A DNA stretch of 63,071 nt, the filler included, from Aduncisulcus paluster (taxonomy: Eukaryota): the NCBI GenBank assembly GCA_024181965.1. It is 12 parts of 12 records of this genome, joined end to end, with 100 filler letters (N's around TTAATTAATTAA, not from the genome) between each part and the next. Parts side by side here need not be neighbours in the genome. Positions count along the whole stretch, not along the records: positions 11,356 to 15,868 come from BQXS01011588.1; positions 15,969 to 18,557 come from BQXS01011589.1; positions 18,658 to 21,078 come from BQXS01011590.1; positions 21,179 to 25,194 come from BQXS01011591.1; 8 more parts are not named here. The stretch is one strand, 5' to 3'. Shown here in pieces: positions 13,044-23,481 of the stretch. Made by a program: the position numbers and the translations under genes. The notes under the pieces are model-generated. The model was not told the DNA's origin. It saw nothing but the letters and a program-made list of their open reading frames with translations, and made no database searches. Position 1 is the stretch's first letter; every line of letters begins with the position of its first letter.

Positions 13044-13691
13044 ATGCCTTTAAGACCTGCCTGTCCCCTTGATGTGCCCATGTATCGCCCATATTTACTT
13101 CCCAGCGAAGTGGCTGGTAGAACATGTGTTCTTTGTTTAACAGAATTTTGTTCCAATGGAGAAACCACTTATGAAGTGCACAAATGTGGTAAGTGCACCA
13201 ATCTAATGTGTCACTCCTGCTTTTTATCAAATAAATTGGAAACAGAGATCGAATCGGTATACTCAGGTAAACGCAGACACCACTTTGTCTTGAGAAGACC
13301 TGCTGCAAAATGCCCCATTTGCAAAACTGAGTTCCACCAGACTACTATACAAGGTAGATACCCTACTGAGTCCTACCAAGTGTTATCTCATGAACAAATG
13401 CACGCAATCCTCGATAGAAGCATTAAACCTGTTCCATGCCACTGCCATGAAATGACGATCCCTCAAATCCAACAGCGCATGTATGCCATAGAAATGGTGC
13501 ATGTTGAAACAGTGCATTCGAGTTCGGGAACTGGTCATAGGGAACGTCTGTTTGAGATGCTGCATCCTGCAATGCAAGCAGAACTTGCAATAAGCGAAGA
13601 GGATATCCCCTTAAATAGAGAAGAGGAAGAGGAAGAATCTAATCAAGAAGAAGAACCAACTCATGATATGCGAATTGCACTCTCATCGTGA
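13044..13691 (+). CDS. RING-type (C4C4-like) zinc-finger protein
   Basis: CVLC...CGKC-x4-CHSC...CPIC; intact 215-aa ORF with an acidic tail. Confidence 0.7.
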   Translation: MPLRPACPLDVPMYRPYLLPSEVAGRTCVLCLTEFCSNGETTYEVHKCGKCTNLMCHSCFLSNKLETEIESVYSGKRRHHFVLRRPAAKCPICKTEFHQTTIQGRYPTESYQVLSHEQMHAILDRSIKPVPCHCHEMTIPQIQQRMYAIEMVHVETVHSSSGTGHRERLFEMLHPAMQAELAISEEDIPLNREEEEEESNQEEEPTHDMRIALSS

Positions 13692-13745
13692 GCTATGGGT
13701 AGCTTCTTTCCCGGTCTTCCGATGTCTCCAATGTGACATCAAAGA

Positions 13746-14260
13746 ATGTACCAGGGCGTGAGATGTGATAATAGAATAATATTTTGTGATCTATATCCCA
13801 TTCTTGCTGACTCAAAGCAGCATAACCTTAACTGTGGATTAGGGGGATGCAATAGTCACTATCCCTGCCACTTATGCCTCTCAAAGGTCCATAAGACCAG
13901 GCCATCTATCGTTGGAGCAAGAAGAACTCATACATCTCACGAGATTTCTTCTTCAAGATCCAAGGCCACTCAACATTAAAGGCCATCCCCTTCCTAGATT
14001 TCCCCAAGAGTATCCTTGTTTGATATATTCACAGATCAGCCCAAAATATTCTTCACATAAGTGGCAAGGAGAGAACGGCTGTAATAATTGAGAAATTAGC
14101 AAATGCCGATTCAATCTCAAAGCAGATTGATCAACTCTCACCTCTTGTCAAACTTCCAGGGAAACTATTCAAAACCAAGGGCTGATGGCGAGGGGATGAT
14201 TACGGGAAGTTTCTATCATGGTTTTCTCAAATGGTTCATGTGGCATTTCAAATGACAAAC
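13746..14260 (+). pseudogene. Decayed CMC/Plavaka-like transposase fragment (second catalytic Asp plus CxxC region)
   Basis: MYQGVRCDNRIIFCDLYPILADSKQHNLNCGLGGCNSHYPCHLC...ARRTH; downstream WRGDDYGKFL lies in another frame, with stops and frameshifts. Confidence 0.55.
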
Positions 14261-14642
14261 TCATCGTTCCATGATTTTCATCATCTATTTTTTAGTCCAT
14301 TTTCTAATTTAAATATATTTCACCCTTCAGCCACCAATGTGGGATGTTGCTGTGTAAGATAAAAAAGACATTTTAAGGATCAGCGCCCAACACTTATAGT
14401 AGATACTGTTGTAAGAGAATCATCAGCGCTCAGGAAGTTTACACCAAGAGATATTGGTCATTGCGATGTTTTTGTTGCGATATGGAAGTGTGACACGAAA
14501 CAGAAATACGAAGAAATGTCAATTGTGGGATACCATATGTTTTACTTAAGAAAGTTCTCGTTGTGTAGTTAAAACATCCGACGGAAATACTTTTCTCCCA
14601 CTGGTAAAAACTACAAAAAAGGGAACCCCGATTTCTATTTTC

Positions 14643-15588
14643 ATGATTTCGTGTGCAGCTACCTTCCAGAATGCCGCCAAACAACTGGAAATTTTTTATG
14701 CTAAAATTCCCCCAAAATATGCAGAAGTACACGATGAAACAATTGAATCCTATTCAACTGGCTTTGGTTTTGACGATTCTGATCATTCTTGTTGCATTGA
14801 AGATGACGAACTGCAACCAAAACCAAATTCTTTTTTTTTTTTTTTTTTTTTTTTTCATACAAAATTTTCCAAAATTTCCCTCTTCAACTACAAATCCTTC
14901 AATTTCCTCCTCTAAAAAAACAAATACTTTTTCTTTTTTGCTTCAACTTGCACTAACAGGCCAAAATTTTACCAAAAAAAATTTGGCGCAACTACGGAAA
15001 GTAATGCATGAGGATGGACTACCCGTGGGACGACTTGTGCCCAAAGCCAAGTCAGGTACGCGTGATAAAGAAGGAAAAGGAGGCCGAGGCGATGATACTA
15101 CCACATAATGCTGGGTTGTGGTTTAGTATCATCCCAAAGATCGTGGAGAGATGCCCAATGTTACTTCAATGGGAAGATAGGATGGGATTAGAGCCTTTGA
15201 AGATCGATGATGGTGATGCGTTGCGAGGTGAGAGACACCAAGAAGTGGTCAAGAGAGTCCGCCGAAGAATGGATGAGGAGAAGAAATGGAAAGGGTCAAA
15301 AAGGTCTGGTGCCTCGGTATTCAATGGTACCTTGATGGAGTTAAGGTGGTAAAGAAGAAGAAGAAAAGTGTGTTAGCAGTCAAGATGGGTATCATCAACT
15401 TGCCCTTCGAAGAAAGGAAACTTAATAAGTGGATCTTCGAGGTGGCTACAGTTGATGATACACCAGAAGCTATGACCGAAGTTCTTGAAGCTATCAAAGT
15501 GGAGATGGAGCGTCTTCAGAATGGCGTACGAATCACGCAAATTAGAGGAGAATATAGCCAAATATACAATTCCAAAAGCTTTTTATGA
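14643..15588 (+). pseudogene. Frameshifted CMC/Plavaka-like transposase (copy B)
   Basis: Overlapping ORFs 14643/14653/15008/15286 end in LGIQWYLDGVKVVK...SVLAVKMGIINLPFEERKLNKWIFEVA...VLEAIKVEMERLQNGV, which has the D-G...N-L-P-x-x-x-R...E-x-x-x-L-x-x-G-V signature. Confidence 0.62.
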
Positions 15589-15659
15589 GAAAATGAAGTG
15601 GTATTTATAGATGACAAGCCTTAAAGACATACTGTGGGTCTAATCTCACTGAAAAGCGG

Positions 15660-15868
15660 GTGTTTGATGACGTTATCAGAGAGGAGTGGGCTTCTGTTAG
15701 AGCTGACAAACCCGAGATATCTTGTGATGACTACCTTGCTTGGTGCACATCGAAAGGAATTATACCAGTTTTCTTTGTCGGTATTATCCTGTACATGGAT
15801 GGGGTTCAAATTGATGGCAGAGGTGGCACAGCCCTGTGCGTAAGATTCACCCTATGCAACTTTGCAAG
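15660..15868 (+). pseudogene. CMC/Plavaka-like transposase fragment (copy C), truncated by the contig end
   Basis: FVGIILYMDGVQIDGRGGTALCVRFTLCNF matches copy A (GILLFADGV...TALSIKITLCNI). Confidence 0.58.
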
Positions 15869-15968
15869 NNNNNNNNNNNNNNNNNNNNNNNNNNNNNNNN
15901 NNNNNNNNNNNNTTAATTAATTAANNNNNNNNNNNNNNNNNNNNNNNNNNNNNNNNNNNNNNNNNNNN

Positions 15969-16587
15969 AGGGTTCATATGCTTGAAGAGGAGGAGTTTTG
16001 CAGGAGAAATCTTCAGCAAGAATTCTATTTGAGGAATGAAATTTCAAGATTTTATCTTTGCTATTCCCGCTCTGTTTTGGTAATACCGATTCACCCGTTA
16101 ATGACTTGATAGTAGTGCCCTTTGAAGGTCCTAAGCCTTCTTTCGATTCTTTTCCACTAGCCATTCCAGACATCAGAAGGTCTGCTGTGTCATCATCATC
16201 AAGAGAAGAATGATATGCTAATCCACGTTTCAAAATTTGTCGTTTCTGTCTTCGTTTAATGTTTTTTTCAGTCTGAATTGAGAAAGTATCCAGAATTGGA
16301 ACTGTCCTTTTCCAATATGATTTTATATATTTGATATCATCGTGTGCTGGTTGTGGAAGTGACGATAACACCTGTTTTATCTTTTTTTTCATCTTTGATA
16401 TCTCTTTGTGAAGATATGAAGAAAAGGATGCAGCTGCAAATGATGAAGATAAGGCCAAAGGCATGATACGATTTAGTAATGCTTCGGATGACTCAGAAAA
16501 TACCTTTAGGGCCTGACTTTGAAGATCCTCATCCAATAATATCGCCTTCTGTGGGATGGGGGTAAACCCAGAGATATCTGATGACAT
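15969..16587 (-). CDS. Hypothetical protein, 3'-partial
   Basis: Open frame from ATG (MSSDISG) to the contig edge; divergent from the next gene. Confidence 0.65.
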
Positions 16588-16904
16588 TATCAATATTTAG
16601 TCCTATTAAGTTAAATATAAAATGATAATATAAACTGTATTGAATATATATACTTCGGAGACAATTGTATAATCACAAGAAAACTCTGTTTTTATAAAAT
16701 CTCCATCATAAAAACTTATTATCAAGATTTAAAGGGAAAATTTTTTATTAAAATTCCATTTAGATCTGCAATATATTTTGATATTGTCTCAGCTACATTA
16801 CGATAGTCCATAAGTGATTGAATAATTCAAATCCCGATTTTCTTGGAGAAATGATGGCTATTTTTCCCAAATATTTTTGAATTTTTCTTTAATTGCTAAC
16901 ATAT

Positions 16905-17835
16905 ATGAAAATTGCCATTGCCCTTAGTGCTCTTCCAACCTTTTTCCAAGAGAAAGATCTCGCAATTGCTGGTGTGAAACAAGGAGTTGAGCGAGGATGG
17001 GCATGGAAACCCAGAGATCTTACACCCAGTGAAAAGCTATATATTGGACAATACAATCCATTTTTGGCAAATCCAATTGATCTTCGATCGATTAGTTTCT
17101 CCTTCACTCAGGCTGAATCAATTAGAGCTGCATCTTCATCATCACTCTCCCATGCAACTTCTGATCTTTCGATACTCGATCACCTTGAATGCTCTCCATA
17201 TCTTCAGCTTCGTCTTGTTCGATCTTCTCCACAATCCAGTGAACCTCCCTATCGGTTTTTATTCCCATTATCCGGCAATCTCACTTCTCTCCTCCATATA
17301 GTTGCTCCTTCCGTTGGATATGGTGTGATTTGTATTGAGAGAGGATGGTGGATCGAATCAAGTGAACTTCATCATCCCCTGTCTCCGTCATATGTATCCA
17401 AAAAAGACTCTACACCAATTACAATAGCACCCAAACAACTTCATTTGCTGTCAGATGTGAGGAAAGACACATCAGATGCTCTTTTTCTCACGATTGGAGA
17501 CAATGCATGGGAATTATGTCATGTGGATGCCATTTCAAAGCATACTCACAGATATAACCAGCCTCATCAATATAAACCACACGGAATAAGTTCGTCTTCC
17601 GGCAAACTCGATCCTCCATCCGATCCAGATTCTGATCCATTAGATCATGTCTCACAATCTTGTCCAGTTTCTGATTCTCTTCATAGAAACCCACCTCAGA
17701 AAAAGAGAAGTTTACCCTTTTCCAATGTCTCCAATACATGTTCCTCTTCTTCTTCATCCTCTGATCCATCTCTTGATCTTCAGCCACCCAATATACCCGA
17801 TCATACTCTCTCTTCTAAGTCAATATTAACGCCTC

Positions 17836-17898
<63 letters not shown>

Positions 17899-18554
17899 TT
17901 CCCTCTTCTTCAGTCACGGACAGAGACCTATCACCACCAACTCCTCCATTACTGCCACCAATAATTGAAAAAAAAGATGCCAATCTGTCTCAAGAATCTA
18001 TTTATGGTGATATTGTCCCTGTTAGCTCCACTCTTCCTGAGCTACAACATAAAGACACAAGTAGTGAGTCATCAACATCTATTCCGGCAATCTCAGCATG
18101 TATTCCGGAATTCCCCCCTCCTCTCATGCCAAATTCTTGCACTGAAACCATAGATCTTCAGGGTAGATCGAGCAAGATCACTATGCAGACAAGACAAGCG
18201 TCAACAAACCTTTCTGAAGTTATATCGTCGTATGTCAGTGAAAATCTCATTAATGTTTGCCGAAAATTGATAATTATCACTCCAGCATGTGTTGGATGGT
18301 TATATGTTGAGGGAATCGTGTGGCATCATAAGGATATTGGTCAAGGAGGGAAACATGGCCATTCGCCATTCTACCATAATATCTTGGGATGTCCTTCTCC
18401 AATATGCTATATTTGTCATTTGAGAAACTCAGTTTCCCTTGTGATCAATGATGTTTGTTCTGATCACAAATGGGCTTACATGTGTGATATTTGTGCCAAG
18501 TTAGCTCGAGATTTCGCGTGTAAAGGGAGAGTAGAATACCAATTTATTAAATGA
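16905..18554 (+). CDS. SNAPC3: snRNA-activating complex subunit 3 (SNAP50)-like, divergent, with a long Ser/Pro-rich insert
   Basis: C-terminal CYICHLRNSVSLVINDVCSDHKWAYMCDIC fits the SNAP50 zinc finger (CxxC..V.ND..CDxC). GVICIERGWWIE resembles the N-terminal SxFFxEGxFY block. Confidence 0.55.
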
Positions 18555-18657
18555 AACNNNNNNNNNNNNNNNNNNNNNNNNNNNNNNNNNNNNNNNNNNN
18601 NTTAATTAATTAANNNNNNNNNNNNNNNNNNNNNNNNNNNNNNNNNNNNNNNNNNNN

Positions 18658-21078
18658 CTTTTCCGGACAACTCAGACGGGGAATACGGTCCTGTTTCTTG
18701 GAGATGAGGCTTGGAATCATGCAAGAGCAAGCCTGTATGTTGTGAAGATTGAGGGTCAATTTGATAATGAGACCCAGTTTCTTTCGGTTCCAACCGATAC
18801 TCACTGCCACTCTGAAGGCTTGTTGAAGGTATTGAGGAGGCCTGGAAAGCACCAATCTCTACTCGTCTACTGACGGAATCTCTATGTTGCTGCTGAGCAT
18901 GCTGGTGGTGCTGAGCATGCTGGTGGTGCTGGTGAGAAGGATGATGCATATCTGAATGAAGAGCTGTTGTATTATTGTGCACTGGATGTACTAATTCTTT
19001 GGGGATTGAAGATGAATGCACTGAACTAGCACCCTGTTGTTGAACATATCCTCCTTGGCTATAACGAACGTCTGCAATATTCGGTGGTGGAAGTTGTGGA
19101 TGACTCGATGAGGCAGTATTCCCCATGGATTCACAGGATACGCTATGTTCATGGCTAGGAGAAAGAGTAAGAGTACGAGATGCCTGCACTTGACAATACT
19201 GATGATGAGATTTCTCAACAGATTCCATGGAACTCGGCTTAACATCTCCTATAGGCACTCTCGCATTTGGCTGAACAACAATATTGCTCTGATGATGTTG
19301 TTGGGCATGCTGCATATCTTGTTTTTGGAGTTGTTTCTGCATTTTGAGCACTTGGGCACGGTCCCAGAGTTCTTTTTGAACGAGATAATAGTCCTTGTTC
19401 ATCCTGTAATCTTGTCTTATGCACTGAAACAGACCAAAGTGCAGGTTAGGCGATGGACAAAGCCACGTGATGATACTACCACTCGACCTGGACACGAATG
19501 GATGGAAAAGGGCCTGGTCAGCCGTTATTCTCCTCTTTGGATCAACACACAGCATTCTCTTCACCAAATCAAGGAAACAAAGTCGAGAGAGGGCTTCAAG
19601 GCCACCCATATGATCCATAGCATCCACACGGTCATCCATGGACCGATCAATAGAATTGGAAAGGTAATGGTACGATTTAGTCGTGTAATCTGTCTTGGAA
19701 GTGAAGCATGCAGCAGGCTCAGAGGAATGGGATGCAGCATGGGGTGGGAGTTTATGGTACATAATTAGATCGTACAGACTGGGTCTCTTGACGCTCATGC
19801 GACGAATGCTCGGTTTTAGCCGATATTCATACCTTGGCCGTGTTTTACGTCGAGTCTGATGATGACTACTATGACGGTACATGAACTGTGGGGGAGGTGG
19901 GACACGATCATACTGGTGAAGCATATGCTGGTGCGTAGTCTGTTTCTGAAGATAAGGATACGACTCGATATTCTCATTCCAATCGGAGACCATCATCGGT
20001 TGTCTGTCTCTGGGCGAATAATGTGATCCAGACAAATAATGGTGACGGTACGACCTCTGTGAAGGCTTTTGATGGGGAAGGAAGGGATGATTTCTATGAC
20101 TATTCGAGCGAGCATCATGAACAAAACTATGGGAGGAGAGAGAGGGGTATTGGGCATGTGATTGCTGCTGTTGATGATGAGATTGGTGTGGTTGGAGATG
20201 AGATTGTTGTGCTTGGAGATGAGACTGTGAGGTTAACTTACCACTGTCATGTTGAATGGGAACAAAATGGGGCAACTGCTCTGCCCTAAGGGGTGGTTCT
20301 TGATAAGCACGGGAAGATGATTGAAGGGAAGGGCGATTAGCATCATCGTATCTTGCATCGGACCCATCAGAAAGTTTTTCAGCCGATGGCATCTTCTTCA
20401 ACCGTCTGGAACTATGATCTGGTACAGCAAGGAATTGTTGATCTCCCGGGACAGCTCTTGGAGTCAGGTCGACTTGTTGTCGACGTTTTAATTGTGCTTG
20501 AGGTTGCATTGTGGAAGCATTATCAACCTTTGGGCAGCTAGAACTCTCATCTCCAGAACACCCAATGGAATATCCCGTCTGAGATCCCAAAATAGATCCA
20601 TCTGCAGCCACACCGATATGCTGATGTGATGATTGTTGAGTGTGTGATTGGTGGTGGTGAGAAGGAAGAGCAATGTCATGTAAAGAAGGCACGACAGACT
20701 CTTCATAATCCACTCCGATACAATATCTATCATAGAACTTTGCAGAACATCCATTTGTCCAGCCTTCCCCTCTGTCACCTCCTTGGCACATCCAATGAGG
20801 AAATGTGCCCAGCAACGAGTGGATCATTGAGACAAGTTCTTCAGTGTCCCGGGCAGGGAATAAAGGGAAACCAACGAAAAGTTCAACCAAAGTACACCCA
20901 AGCGACCACATGTCAACAGAATAACCATAATCAATACCCAAACACACCTCAGGGGCACGGTAAAATCGGGTCTGGGCGTATAACGGGCATGAAGATGAGG
21001 ACGGAGTTAGGGAACAGGAGAGATCAATCAACTTAAAAGCGGCAGGCGGCAGAGAATTGAAGAAAGATGGAGGTAAAA
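18658..21078 (-). CDS. Yak1/DYRK-like kinase, C-terminal half (subdomains VII-XI) with a large X-XI insert; partial at both ends
   Basis: FKLIDLSCS, LYAQTRFYRAPEVCLG, VDMWSLGCTLVELFVGFPLFP, then FLDLVKRMLCVDPKRRITADQALFHPF about 400 aa later. Confidence 0.9.
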
Positions 21079-21178
21079 NNNNNNNNNNNNNNNNNNNNNN
21101 NNNNNNNNNNNNNNNNNNNNNNTTAATTAATTAANNNNNNNNNNNNNNNNNNNNNNNNNNNNNNNNNNNNNNNNNNNN

Positions 21179-21973
21179 GAAGAAGGAGAGGATCATCAAA
21201 TGGTTTCCAATGTTATTGCATCTGCTGAACATGAACAAATAGATATCATTGGTCAAATATTAGCAGCAAACGAAGAGGAAGAAGGAGAGGGAAATGAAAT
21301 ACTTCGGCATGCTCAAAGCATCATTGATAAATTTGGAGGTTCATCTCACAAATCTTCTTCTTCTCACTCTTCTCGCTCTTCGGATGTTGCTTTAAGAGAT
21401 ATTTCTGCTCTTCTTGGAGACTCTCCCGTTTTATTGAAAGTTAAAGAAAAGATTGGAGCAGAAGCTGAAATGGAAGGACAAAGTTCTATTTTTAGTGCTG
21501 AGAATAATGCTTCTGATGTTTTTTCGAATGCAACTTCCATTGTTGAGTCTTCTTCTCCATACATTTCTCGTCTTTCTTCACTTCAAGAGAGAGAAAGAGA
21601 GAGAGAAAGAGAAACAAAAGAAGAAGATGACAGAATTATTATTAGAGAACGTGAAATAACTTTAATGCAGGATGGAGAAGAAGAAGAAAGAGGAAGAGAA
21701 GAAGGAGATTTGTTTATGTCACAAGATTTTATTGATCTTCCACATCGACCCACGACTCCATCATTTTCAAACCTTAATAGAACAAAAAGTTTGCTGTTTT
21801 CTGAAGTATCTGATGGATCTTCGATCGATTCAATCCAGACAAATCCATTGATTCGGCCTGGATCATCTATTGGAATTCATGATAATTATGTGAGGTTGGG
21901 AACCGCAGATATGGAACGACAATTCGAGAGGGAAAAAGAGTTCATCACAGAAGAAATCGGGAAGGACGAATAA
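21179..21973 (+). CDS. Acidic low-complexity protein, C-terminal fragment
   Basis: Open frame from the contig edge to TAA at 21973. Confidence 0.65.
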   Translation, partial: EEGEDHQMVSNVIASAEHEQIDIIGQILAANEEEEGEGNEILRHAQSIIDKFGGSSHKSSSSHSSRSSDVALRDISALLGDSPVLLKVKEKIGAEAEMEGQSSIFSAENNASDVFSNATSIVESSSPYISRLSSLQERERERERETKEEDDRIIIREREITLMQDGEEEERGREEGDLFMSQDFIDLPHRPTTPSFSNLNRTKSLLFSEVSDGSSIDSIQTNPLIRPGSSIGIHDNYVRLGTADMERQFEREKEFITEEIGKDE

Positions 21974-22657
21974 TAAATAAAGTTATATAATATAAAACAA
22001 AAATTTGATTCTGAACAGACGACTCATCTACTCGGAGTCTTGTTCTTTTTCTTTTCATTTTTTATCGAACTCATATTTCTGGTACGATAAATGGCCCAAG
22101 AAAATTGAATAAGTTGAAATATTAAATATATATCTCGTACTATTTACCATTATATTCATCGAATGGCGAGTAAATGTTCATTATCTTTCTGTAGAAATAA
22201 AGAGATATTTACATTAAGAATTGTTTTATAAATCTCTTTCCATATTCATAAATAGCTACAAAGATGGCATTATAGGAGATTAATATCCAAGTACCCACGA
22301 TATTTCAAAACATTCTTCTATCCGTCGCTATAAGATAAAAAAAACTCTAATTACAAACGAAAAATATATAATTATTCGTTATCATAAAATAAAACAATAA
22401 TATTGAGTGTATCTTAAAATAGATGGTCACGAAAAAGCAAGATCTGATTTTGCTGAATAAATACATGAAAAACATTTATTGAAATAAACAAAAACACATT
22501 TTGATTATTCATACTATGGATAAATCTTCTGTTTTAGAGACAAAACCAAAGAAAAAAAAAAAAAAAAGTAAAGCAGATTTTATGAGACGCGAAAACAAAT
22601 AAGTAAGAGGATGAAATTCAATATAATAATTAAATTGCTAATATAATAATAATATTA

Positions 22658-23344
22658 TTACTCAAATTTAGGAGGTCCCTCAATAATTGTGGTTCTAAGA
22701 TCGATTTCAATGGGTACAAAATTCCATTGCTTGATATCATACATTTGAACGACACAGACCCCAGAAGATTGCTCGAGTGGAGGACCATCTGGCTTAAAAA
22801 TCCAAACATTTCGGTTTCGAACGAAGCGTAATCCTCTTTTATATAATTCTTTCGCAGCAACGAGTTGGCGACGATTTCCAATGAGGGTAAAAAATTGATA
22901 CACGAGAGTGGCAATGGGGATTTTCGAGACATCAGGATCGATAATACAAGGTTGAGCAGATTTGAATGCAGGATCTGACATGGAAAGACCTTTAGGGATT
23001 GTTTGAGTGACTTTGCCAAAAGCATTTCCAATCCTCTTCAAAACGGATCCGGGTGGACCGCTGATACCGAGATCTTTATCAGAATATCCAATTCGAATTC
23101 GGTATTGCTCAGTTTTAGCCTGATCGGGCTGGATTAACATAAAAAACTCTCCAATGCCATATTTTGGGTAAGTTCTGGATTTAGTTATTTTAAATTGTTT
23201 TTGATTATCTCCTCTTTGCGAATTTTGTGAAGAATGGGCAGGATGTTGTTGCCTCTGATGAAAATGCTGCTGGGATGGAAGATCTGAAGGATTAACACCA
23301 TAATACATAGGATGGCTCATCATTGGAGGATATGAAGGTCTCAT
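22658..23344 (-). CDS. CNOT2: CCR4-NOT complex subunit NOT2
   Basis: KYGIGEFF..IG..DLGI, then NOT-box TLVYQFFTLIGNRRQLVAAKELYKRGLRFVRNRNVWI...MYDIKQW. Confidence 0.82.
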   Translation of the reverse strand: MRPSYPPMMSHPMYYGVNPSDLPSQQHFHQRQQHPAHSSQNSQRGDNQKQFKITKSRTYPKYGIGEFFMLIQPDQAKTEQYRIRIGYSDKDLGISGPPGSVLKRIGNAFGKVTQTIPKGLSMSDPAFKSAQPCIIDPDVSKIPIATLVYQFFTLIGNRRQLVAAKELYKRGLRFVRNRNVWIFKPDGPPLEQSSGVCVVQMYDIKQWNFVPIEIDLRTTIIEGPPKFE

Positions 23345-23481
23345 TATTATATTATGAAATAAAAAATATTGATTTTTGTGCCCTTGCAGCGAAAAACAGC
23401 TTAACGTCAGATGGACTTCTTCGTGGAAAAAGAGCAGAAAAAATTATTCATGCCATTTTGAAGCAAGTTCTATTTCAGCGA

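Noticed and set aside
21974..22657. Possible small intron-rich gene on the minus strand
   Set aside because: GT/AG candidates exist, but I could not build a convincing spliced ORF.
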